This document shows positions 10,809-18,547 of a DNA stretch of 45,922 nt, piece after piece. How positions within the stretch are numbered: the first letter of the stretch is position 1; each line of letters opens with the position of its first letter. This DNA is from Acidimicrobiia bacterium. Its GTDB lineage: Bacteria; Actinomycetota; Acidimicrobiia; Spongiisociales; JAHEDJ01. Made by a program: the position numbers and the translations under genes. The stretch is from NCBI GenBank assembly GCA_029210695.1, contig JARGFH010000029.1, positions 1-45,922 on the forward strand, given 5' to 3'. The notes below the pieces were generated by a model. It was given only the letters and a program-made list of their open reading frames with translations. It searched no databases and had not been told where the DNA came from.

Positions 10809-10838
10809 CGTCTTACGCGCGTAATCGCGAGTAAGACG
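10809..10838 (-). terminator. Intrinsic terminator-like hairpin downstream of the S9 peptidase
   Basis: CGTCTTAC-G-CGCG-TAAT-CGCG-A-GTAAGACG directly after the stop, followed by GTTTTGT on the minus strand. Confidence 0.6.
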
Positions 10839-12803
10839 TCACTCAGCGAGCCAACGAGCCAACCAATCGTGCACTTCCTTGTACCAGACCAGCGAGTTCT
10901 GCGGTTTGAGGATCCAGTGGTTCTCATCCGGGAAGTAGACGAGTCGGGCTGGAACGCCCTTGGCCTTCAATACGCCGTAAAGTTCGAGACTCTGCGTCAC
11001 CGGCACCCGGAAATCCTGCTCGCTGTGGATCACCAGCGTCGGGGTGCCGTAGCCGGCCGCGTGGGCCGATGGGCTCCAGCGGTCGACCTGCTCTCGGTCT
11101 TCCCAGACCTCCGCTCCGCGGGAGCGGCCGAACCCGTAGGTCATGTCGGTGGCGTACATCCCAGCCAGGTTCGTCACGGCGGCGTGGGCGACGGCACAGG
11201 AGAACCGGTCGGTCTGGCTCATCAGCCAGGCGACCAGGTAGCCGCCGTACGATCCGCCGGTGATTGCCATCCGGTCGGCGTCCACGAAACCGCGCTCGAT
11301 GAGGGCGTCGGTGGCTGCCATTACGTCGGTGGCCGGCTGGTCGCCCCAGCGGGCGTGAATCGACCTGGTGAACGCGTCACCGAACGATGTGGAACCGTGG
11401 AAGTTGACCATGGCGACCACGTAGCCGGGAGCAGCGAAGGCCTGTGCATTCCAGCGGAAGTGCCACATGTCGCCGAACGTGCCGTGCGGGCCGCCGTGGA
11501 TCAGGTGAACGAGCGGCATGCGACGGGCAGGATCGAAATCCGGCGGGAAGACGATCAACACCTGCACGTCATCGCCGTCCGCGCCCTGGATCGTCATTTC
11601 TTCGGTGGCACCGAGGGTCAGACCGACCAGGATCTCGTCGGTGAAATGAGTGACGCGATTGAGGGAACCGTCCGCGCCGTCGATTCGTACGATCTCCGGC
11701 GGCTGCGAGAGGCTCTGGTGGCGGGCATAGATCGAACCGTCCGAGAGTGGGACCGGATTCGTCAGCGTCCCGGATCTGGCGATCACGTCGGGAGTACCAC
11801 CTTCGAACCCGATGCGATACAGCGCAACCTGCCCCGCCTCCTCTGCCGTGATGACCAGGTCGTTCGAAGTCAGACTCGGAGCGATCGTGCCGATCGACGA
11901 ATCCCACTCCTCGGTGAGGACGTGGTGCTCTCCCGTTGCCCGCTCGATCACGGCCAGCCGCTGCCGGTCGGCGTAGAAATCCGGTTGGCGCTGGAAGAGG
12001 TAGGCCAGGTGGCCTCCGTCCGGCGTGTAGCGGGGTGAGGTCGCATCACCGGTGAGTTCGGGGGTCAGGCAGCTCACCTCGCCCGTATCGAGTCTGGCGG
12101 CGTAGAGCCGCCAGATGGGCAACTCGTCGAGGTCGTCGACCTCCCAGGCGGAGAACGTGATCTCGGTGCCGTCGGGAGCCACGTCGTAGGCGCCGGCAGG
12201 CTCACCCTGGGTCGGGAGGCGCCACCACCAGTGCCGGCCGGGGGTGAGATCGGTCAATTCGCCTGAGGCGGGATCCATGACGAATGGGTGCCACATTTCT
12301 CCGCCGGTGAACCAGGTGTCCCAGAAGCGGTACACCCGCCGCTCGGTGGACCGGACCGACGACTTCGTCTTCTTGCGCTGCTCGACCAGAACCCGGGTGC
12401 CGGCGATGGTCGGGGCCTCGCGCAGCAGCTTGACGACGATTACCAGCCGGCCGTCGGGAAGCCAGCGTGGTCCCGTGGCGCCGAGTGGCAGTTGCGTCGG
12501 GCGAATGGCCTCGCCTCCGTCCAGGCGCAGGAGGTGGACCTGAGGGTTTCCGTCTGTTTCCTTGCGAACGAACGCGATCGACTTTCCGCCCGTGCTGATG
12601 GCGGGTGAGGTGGCGCTCTGCCCCGGATCCGTCAGCGGGCGGGGATCGCCGCTACCCAACAGATAGAGGACCGTATGGCCCTCGTTGGCGTCGAGGTCGT
12701 AGTGGGTGACCGGAACAACGACGGTGGATCCGTCCGGCGTAACTGCCGGGGGCTCGACCCGGGGGAGTCTCCAGAGATCTTCAGCGGTGATGGGACGGCT
12801 CAT
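10839..12803 (-). CDS. S9C family peptidase (dipeptidyl aminopeptidase/acylaminoacyl peptidase)
   Basis: Beta-propeller-like N-terminus, IHGGPH, TGGSYGG, DFRVP and FPDENHW motifs. Confidence 0.92.
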   Translation of the reverse strand: MSRPITAEDLWRLPRVEPPAVTPDGSTVVVPVTHYDLDANEGHTVLYLLGSGDPRPLTDPGQSATSPAISTGGKSIAFVRKETDGNPQVHLLRLDGGEAIRPTQLPLGATGPRWLPDGRLVIVVKLLREAPTIAGTRVLVEQRKKTKSSVRSTERRVYRFWDTWFTGGEMWHPFVMDPASGELTDLTPGRHWWWRLPTQGEPAGAYDVAPDGTEITFSAWEVDDLDELPIWRLYAARLDTGEVSCLTPELTGDATSPRYTPDGGHLAYLFQRQPDFYADRQRLAVIERATGEHHVLTEEWDSSIGTIAPSLTSNDLVITAEEAGQVALYRIGFEGGTPDVIARSGTLTNPVPLSDGSIYARHQSLSQPPEIVRIDGADGSLNRVTHFTDEILVGLTLGATEEMTIQGADGDDVQVLIVFPPDFDPARRMPLVHLIHGGPHGTFGDMWHFRWNAQAFAAPGYVVAMVNFHGSTSFGDAFTRSIHARWGDQPATDVMAATDALIERGFVDADRMAITGGSYGGYLVAWLMSQTDRFSCAVAHAAVTNLAGMYATDMTYGFGRSRGAEVWEDREQVDRWSPSAHAAGYGTPTLVIHSEQDFRVPVTQSLELYGVLKAKGVPARLVYFPDENHWILKPQNSLVWYKEVHDWLARWLAE

Positions 12804-12845
12804 GGCATCGAAGGTAGCAGCGCCGGCGCCGGAGTTGGTAGCTGA

Positions 12846-14339
12846 TCAGTCGCCAGACGCCGAACGTCCGGCGGTCTCGTTCAGTTGACGGAACCGGGCC
12901 CGAAGCTCCGGGCTGAAGGAACCTTCGGTCATTCGCCATCGCCAGTTGCCGGCCGGGACGCTCGGGAAGTTCATGCGTGCTTCGGTCCCGAGATCGAGAA
13001 CGTCTTGCATGGTGGTCACCGCCCACGCCGCTCTCGATTCCCAGGCAGCCCGAATGAGGTCCCAGGCATAGTTCTGTCCGTCGACGCCGAGATACTCGAG
13101 GGCGAATGCCTTGTCGTCGTCACCGGCCGACTCGAACCAACCACGGGTGGTGTCGTTGTCGTGGGTGCCCGTGTAGACGACGCAGTGCTCGGGATACCGG
13201 TGGGGGAGGAAATCGTTCGTCTCGCCTGAGTCGAACGCGAACTGGAGGATCTTCATACCGGGCAGCTCGAAGCGGTCGCGCAGTTCGATCACGTCGGGGG
13301 TGATCTCGCCGAGGTCCTCGGCGATGATCGGCGGCTGTCCGAACTCGGCGGCCACCGCCTCCAGGAATCCGGCTCCGGGGCCCTCGACCCAGCGGCCGGT
13401 CTCTGCCGTGTCCTCACCGCCGGGCACTTCCCAGTAGGCGGCGAATCCGCGGAAGTGATCGAGGCGGACGACATCGACGAGATCGAGGACGGCTCGCAGT
13501 CGATCGAGCCACCAGGCGTATCCGGTTTCCTTGTGCACCTCCCACCGGTAGAGCGGATTGCCCCACAGCTGGCCTGTCGGGGAGAAATAGTCGGGAGGCA
13601 CCCCGGCAATCACGGTCGGTCGGCCTTCGTCGTCGAGGGCGAACAGGTGGCGGTGCGACCAGACGTCTGCCGAATCCTCTGCAACGAAGATCGGGAGGTC
13701 GCCGATGATCCGGACGTTGCACCGGGCGGCCTTCTCCCGGATTTGCTCCCACTGGCGAAAGAACAAGAACTGGCGAAAGATGTGACGATGGATCAGGTCG
13801 GTGTATCGGGATCTGGTCCGGTCGAGGGCGGCCTGTTTTCGATCGCGCAGGTCGGCCTCCCAGGTCCACCACGGCTCGCCATCGTGAATGTCTTTGAGGG
13901 CCATGAACAGTCCGAAGTCGGTGAGCCAGCCGGCGTGTCGTTCCCGGAAGCGTTGCAGATCGTCTTCGAGATCCAGGTCGGAGCTCCGCGCGAAGGCGCG
14001 ATCCAGGAGGCCGAGCTTGAAGGGGATCACCGTCCCGTAGTCGACGGCTTCGTTGCGCAAGTCGGGCAGTTCGGCGAGATCGGCCGCTATCAGCAGCCCG
14101 TCGGTCAGCAGCAGATCGGGGCTGACCAGATATGGATTGCCGGCGAACGCCGAAAAGCACTGATAGGGCGAATCGCCGTACCCGGTCGGCCCGAGCGGCA
14201 GCAGCTGCCACAAGCCGGTGCCGGTCTCGGCGAGGGCCTCGATCCAGTCGTGGGCGGCGGGCCCGAGGTCACCGATGCCGTACCGGCCGGGAAGGCTGGT
14301 GGGATGCAGGAGAATGCCGGATGACCTGGTGAGTTGCAT
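12846..14339 (-). CDS. malQ: 4-alpha-glucanotransferase (amylomaltase, GH77)
   Basis: RSSGILLHPTSLP, GVPPDYFSPTGQLWGNP, RLDHFRG, IAEDLG and YTGTHDNDT motifs. Confidence 0.95.
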   Translation of the reverse strand: MQLTRSSGILLHPTSLPGRYGIGDLGPAAHDWIEALAETGTGLWQLLPLGPTGYGDSPYQCFSAFAGNPYLVSPDLLLTDGLLIAADLAELPDLRNEAVDYGTVIPFKLGLLDRAFARSSDLDLEDDLQRFRERHAGWLTDFGLFMALKDIHDGEPWWTWEADLRDRKQAALDRTRSRYTDLIHRHIFRQFLFFRQWEQIREKAARCNVRIIGDLPIFVAEDSADVWSHRHLFALDDEGRPTVIAGVPPDYFSPTGQLWGNPLYRWEVHKETGYAWWLDRLRAVLDLVDVVRLDHFRGFAAYWEVPGGEDTAETGRWVEGPGAGFLEAVAAEFGQPPIIAEDLGEITPDVIELRDRFELPGMKILQFAFDSGETNDFLPHRYPEHCVVYTGTHDNDTTRGWFESAGDDDKAFALEYLGVDGQNYAWDLIRAAWESRAAWAVTTMQDVLDLGTEARMNFPSVPAGNWRWRMTEGSFSPELRARFRQLNETAGRSASGD

Positions 14340-14433
14340 GATCCGATTCTGCCCGCTCTCACACCCGGCGGACAAATGGACCCTGGTGTGTTCCGGTTTT
14401 TGGAGCTTCTCGCGGCAGGAGTCGCATCTGGGG

Positions 14434-17400
14434 TCAACCCCCACCAACCTCGAACTCGGCGGCGGGATATACCATTGGTGCCTCTTCGAAAGTCGTCAGG
14501 CACACCACCCGGTAGGTTCCCTCCACCATCGTGCCGTTGGTCGACCAGGTTTGCCCCGGCTCCAGAAAGAACGTTGCCTGGTTATCGGGGTCGGCGTAGG
14601 CCGGCATCGGGGCGGCCGCTGCGGGTGTCGGATCGAAGGGGACCTCCTCGAGCAACCGAAACACCGCAACCAGAATCGGTGCGTCGTGATGGTTGGCCAA
14701 CCTCAGTCCCATCAACTCGTTGGCGAAGAGGGGTTCGGGCTCCTCGAAGCGGCAGCCTTCGGGTCCGAACACGACCGAACCGACCTTGTCGGCGTCGGCG
14801 ATGTCGAACGGTGGGATCACAGTGCTCTCGCCGGAGGGCGCGGTCGGGACCTCGATGGCGCCGTTGATGATGGCCGTTCGTGCTTCCTCCAATCGAGGAA
14901 GGTGCTCAGTCAGAAATCCCCCGCTCTGGGAGTAGCCGACTCCTCCGTCTTTCAGCCCCAGGACCGTCCGCCCGGCTGTGAGCGTTCCGTCGAGGAACCC
15001 GGACACCGTACGAAAGATCGCTTCGTCGGTGCGTTTCATCATCGAGGTGAGCACATGGGGACGCGACTCGGCCGAGCCCGCCCAGTATTCGTCCTCGTCG
15101 GATCCGATCATCCACAAGTGGGTTCCCGTCTCCTTGCTCAATTCCACCGCGGCGCGATGTACCCCTACTCCCGACAGTCCGGCCGCGTGGTACACGACAT
15201 CGGCGCCCTGCTCGTACAGACGGCGAGCGGCCGCTTCGCCGCCGTCGGGGTCGGCGAACCCTTCAAATAATCGATCGGAAACCCAGGTGACGAGAATCTC
15301 GATGTCTGGGTCGACCGACCTGGCCCCTGCCTCGTAGCCGGCCTGGAATTCCCAAAGCAACCTCACCGGGCCTCCTCCCACATACCCGATGGTCCCCGTT
15401 GTGGAGGTGAGGGCCGCGGCAACACCTACCAGATACGAACCTTCGGCCTCGGCGAATTCCAGATCCACGATGTTGGGCTGCTCGAGGAAGCTCGGATCGG
15501 TCCAGTCGCCGCCGTCGATCATCGCAAACCACACGGAGGGGTATTCGGGAGCCAGCGCCAAGGGGTCGCTGTAGGTAGCGCCACTGAGGATGACGAGATC
15601 AAAGCCGGATTCGATCAGCGAACGCGTCTCTTCCAGCGGATCGACCAGCGGAAGTAGGTCGAAGGCTTCGATGTCGAATTCCAAGGCGGCCCGATCGAGG
15701 CCGGCTGCCTCGAGATCCCCCCAGCCCCGGTCGCCCCTTCCCTCGAACACGAGGGCCACCTGTGGTGTCTCACCGCCCAACAGCACGATCGTCGCCAGAG
15801 CGGCCCCGGCCGCGATCGTCACAAACAATGAAATCAGAGAAGTGAGTCGCCTCCGGGCTCGCCGCACGAGCCTTCGCTCGGCTTCTCTTCGTGCCTCCTC
15901 GGCCAGTTGGCGTTCATCACGTCTGGCGATGCTCTCCATGAGGAATGCGCGTTCCAGGGCGGTGAGGCGCATCGAACTGCCGAGTTCCCATTGCTCGTAC
16001 TGCTCGAGGCGGTTACCCGACAGCAAGTAGTCGACCTGGCGGTCCGCCGACACCCACTCGTCGACGGCGGCGGCAAACGCGCCGTGCCGGCGCAGGTCGT
16101 CCCGGCTGGAATCGATCCACTCGCGCAGCCGGTCCCACTCCCGCAGCAACGCTTCGTGGGCGACCTCCAGCGTGGGAGCGCCCGTGAGCGGGTCGCGATC
16201 GAACGTGATGAGCCGGTGGGTGGCAAACAGTTCGATGGCCGTTTCCACCGCCGCCGGGTCGACCTCGACCGACATCACTTCGCCGGCCGGAACCCGGCGC
16301 CGGGTTTCTTCCATGGATTCGCTGAGTGTCACCAGGCGGAGGAACACCTGGCGGGCCGCTTCCTGCTCATCCGGGCGGAGCCGGCCATACAGTTCTTCTG
16401 AGCGTCGGGTGAGGGCACCGTCGAGGCCGCCGATCTGACGGTAGGCGTCGAGGGTGAGCGTGCCGCCTTCCCGGCGTTCGAACAGCTCCGTGAGTGCGTA
16501 CTGAAAAAGCGGCAAGCCGCCCGGCTGATGGGTGACGTCGGCGACCAACTGGGCGAGCAGGGCCGGCTCGAACGAAATACCGACGCTCGCCGCCGGACGA
16601 ATCGCCGCCCGTTCCAGCTCCTCGGCAGTCAACGGCATCACATTGACGACGGTCCGGGTGAAGAGACTTCCAAACTCGGGATAGAGCAGCGGCCGGTCGT
16701 AGAAGTCGGCTCGCAGCGTGAGCACCACTCGCAAGCGGGAGTGGGGATCTGTCAGGGTGGTGACCAGGTCGTCGAGGAAACGCCGGCGGTTGGCCTCGTC
16801 GTCGACCAACGAGAACAGCTCTTCGAACTGGTCAAGCATCAGCACCAGTTGGGTCGACTCATCCGGAAGAACTCGCAGCACTGCTCGCAGCAGACCCAGG
16901 TCGTCGCTCTGGAGCTGATCCATCAAGCTGTCCGGGGGATGAGGGGCGGCCCGGAGCAGGGCTGCTTCCAGCTCTGCGTAGGGGTGGGCGCCCGGCATCA
17001 TGCGGGCGATCAGCCAGCGCTCGGAGCCTGCGATTGCTCCGCGGCGAAGCGCAGGGATGAGGCCGGCCCGCACGACACTCGACTTGCCGCATCCCGATGG
17101 ACCAACCACTGCAACCAGCCGGCTCGATTCGAGCACGGAGACGAGTTGGGTGGTCAGGGCTTCGCGCCCGAAATAGTCCAGCGCGTCGTCTTCTGAGAAG
17201 GCCTGGAGACCCTTGTAGGGGTTGCGCATGTCCGGGTCTCCAACCCCGGCCGCCGGCGGGAGACGTCGCTCCGGCGCCAGGCCCGGGTCCTGGAGCAGTA
17301 TTTGCTCCTCGAGTTGCTCCTCGAAGCGAAGCAGGTCGATCGAGTCGGGATCGACGGTCAGCTGATAGCCGGGCGGACGGGTCACGATGACTTGCCCGGC

Positions 17401-17640
17401 CGGGTCGGTGACTCCCGGGGCGAGAGCGTTACGCAAGCCCGAAACGTAAGTCTGGAGAGAATGGTCGGCAGTGCGCGGGGGCGACTCGCCCCACAGCTCC
17501 CCGATGAGCCGATCGGTGGAAACGACCCGGTTGGCATGGAGTGCCAGCACTGCCAGGAGCGCTCTTTGCTTCGGTGGGCCGAGCGGAACCCGGGCACCAT
17601 CGATGGTGACTTCGAGCGGCCCCAGGATCCGGTACTCCAT
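14434..17640 (-). CDS. Membrane-spanning regulator: SARP-type winged HTH + STAND (nSTAND1-like) NTPase + TM + BMP/PnrA-type substrate-binding domain + small C-terminal beta domain
   Basis: MEYRILGPLEV...KQRALLAVLAL...LWGE is a SARP wHTH. NPYKGL..F, Walker A GPSGCGKSS, Walker B LDQFEELF, LRADFY and EVAHEALLREW indicate a STAND NTPase. A hydrophobic helix lies at ~15775-15850. GDRGWGD, AEAEGSYLVG.AAA and TSMMKR are BMP-like. Confidence 0.85.
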   Translation of the reverse strand: MEYRILGPLEVTIDGARVPLGPPKQRALLAVLALHANRVVSTDRLIGELWGESPPRTADHSLQTYVSGLRNALAPGVTDPAGQVIVTRPPGYQLTVDPDSIDLLRFEEQLEEQILLQDPGLAPERRLPPAAGVGDPDMRNPYKGLQAFSEDDALDYFGREALTTQLVSVLESSRLVAVVGPSGCGKSSVVRAGLIPALRRGAIAGSERWLIARMMPGAHPYAELEAALLRAAPHPPDSLMDQLQSDDLGLLRAVLRVLPDESTQLVLMLDQFEELFSLVDDEANRRRFLDDLVTTLTDPHSRLRVVLTLRADFYDRPLLYPEFGSLFTRTVVNVMPLTAEELERAAIRPAASVGISFEPALLAQLVADVTHQPGGLPLFQYALTELFERREGGTLTLDAYRQIGGLDGALTRRSEELYGRLRPDEQEAARQVFLRLVTLSESMEETRRRVPAGEVMSVEVDPAAVETAIELFATHRLITFDRDPLTGAPTLEVAHEALLREWDRLREWIDSSRDDLRRHGAFAAAVDEWVSADRQVDYLLSGNRLEQYEQWELGSSMRLTALERAFLMESIARRDERQLAEEARREAERRLVRRARRRLTSLISLFVTIAAGAALATIVLLGGETPQVALVFEGRGDRGWGDLEAAGLDRAALEFDIEAFDLLPLVDPLEETRSLIESGFDLVILSGATYSDPLALAPEYPSVWFAMIDGGDWTDPSFLEQPNIVDLEFAEAEGSYLVGVAAALTSTTGTIGYVGGGPVRLLWEFQAGYEAGARSVDPDIEILVTWVSDRLFEGFADPDGGEAAARRLYEQGADVVYHAAGLSGVGVHRAAVELSKETGTHLWMIGSDEDEYWAGSAESRPHVLTSMMKRTDEAIFRTVSGFLDGTLTAGRTVLGLKDGGVGYSQSGGFLTEHLPRLEEARTAIINGAIEVPTAPSGESTVIPPFDIADADKVGSVVFGPEGCRFEEPEPLFANELMGLRLANHHDAPILVAVFRLLEEVPFDPTPAAAAPMPAYADPDNQATFFLEPGQTWSTNGTMVEGTYRVVCLTTFEEAPMVYPAAEFEVGGG

Positions 17641-17718
17641 AGACGACCTCGCCGCGTTGAGCTCCTTCATCAACCTACCTGCTGGGACCTTCGATGTGTT
17701 GATTGCATTCTCCCAATG

Positions 17719-17747
17719 GCAAGCTCCCGGTTGAACCGGGAGCTTGC
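17719..17747. terminator. Strong hairpin between the repeat gene and the regulator
   Basis: GCAAGCTCCCGGTT-G-AACCGGGAGCTTGC perfect inverted repeat, 20 nt after the repeat-gene stop. Confidence 0.65.
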
Positions 17748-17767
17748 TCGGGTGGCGGGGAGGCTGA

Positions 17768-18316
17768 CTAGCCGTTGAACGCCTCACCACGTGCAATCCA
17801 GCGGGCCGAGTCGGCGGCCTGTCCACGGAGTGCCGCCTCCTGTTGTGCTGTTGCTTGTGCGGTGTAGCGGGCGGAGTCGGCGAGTTGTCCCTGGGTGAGC
17901 CCTAGCGTTGCTGCGGCCATTGCCTGATATCTGGCCGTGTCTGCTGCCCAGCTTCGTTGCAGTGATGCTTGCTGTGCTGTTGCTTGTGCGGTGTAGCGGG
18001 CGGAGTCGGCGAGTTGACCTTTCACGATCGCCTGGGTTTGCGCTCGGGCCTGATAGCGGGCCGTGTCTGCCAGCCAGCTCTGCTGGAGGCTGAGCGCTTC
18101 CGCTTGGGCCGTGTAGCGGGCTATGTCGGCCAACTGGCCCTGGGTCAACGCAACCGGCCCGGGCGACGAGGAGGCCACTGCCCCTATCGCCACGCCGACC
18201 ACGACGGCAGCCGCCACGAGGTTGACGAGGGTCCATTTCCGCTTCGACGGTTCGACGACCGTCTGCTTTCCGACCCTGGGACTGGTCTTCTGCTTGTCGA
18301 GTACCTGGGTAGCCAT
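17768..18316 (-). CDS. Hypothetical membrane-anchored/secreted protein with six ADxAR[Y/W] repeats
   Basis: GAGGAGAGG RBS before ATG 18316. Basic N-terminus, hydrophobic helix LVNLVAAAVVVGVAIGAVA, then repeats LADIARY, LADTARY, LADSARY, AADTARY, LADSARY and AADSARW. 182 aa. Confidence 0.85.
   Translation of the reverse strand: MATQVLDKQKTSPRVGKQTVVEPSKRKWTLVNLVAAAVVVGVAIGAVASSSPGPVALTQGQLADIARYTAQAEALSLQQSWLADTARYQARAQTQAIVKGQLADSARYTAQATAQQASLQRSWAADTARYQAMAAATLGLTQGQLADSARYTAQATAQQEAALRGQAADSARWIARGEAFNG
17844..18016. repeat. Identical 44-bp direct repeat inside the repeat-protein gene
   Basis: TGTGCTGTTGCTTGTGCGGTGTAGCGGGCGGAGTCGGCGAGTTG occurs at 17844-17887 and 17973-18016, a period of 129 nt (43 codons). 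Confidence 0.9.
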
Positions 18317-18366
18317 TGTCCTCTCCTCTTCGAGTCGTGCTTCCACCCTCACCATGCCGGAGGTAG

Positions 18367-18406
18367 CTCGCCGGACACTCCACGAGCGCTCTACGGACGC
18401 TCTACG
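18367..18406 (-). promoter_or_regulatory. Four heptamer direct repeats with 11-bp period (SARP/OmpR-type binding array)
   Basis: On the + strand: CTCGCCG 18367, CTCCACG 18378, CTCTACG 18389, CTCTACG 18400. The array lies ~50-90 bp upstream of the repeat-protein start. Confidence 0.65.
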
Positions 18407-18433
18407 AGCGCGAAGAATGGGCGCCCGGCCAGG

Positions 18434-18547
18434 CTGGCGGTGCGCTTCGTCGTGTTCACGGTCGGGTTCTGGGTGGTGCTGCGGACACTCACGTCGGCGA
18501 TCCGCACGGTCGTGTTGCCGAGGAGCGCCGTGAGCTCCCTGACCAGA
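18434..18547 (+). pseudogene. Probable 5' remnant of a membrane-protein gene
   Basis: LAVRFVVFTVGFWVVLRTLTSAIRTVVLPRSAVSSLTR is a TM-like helix with coding-like GC3 that runs head-on into the ATP-grasp stop. From memory it resembles N-termini of actinobacterial ion-channel-like proteins. Confidence 0.45.
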
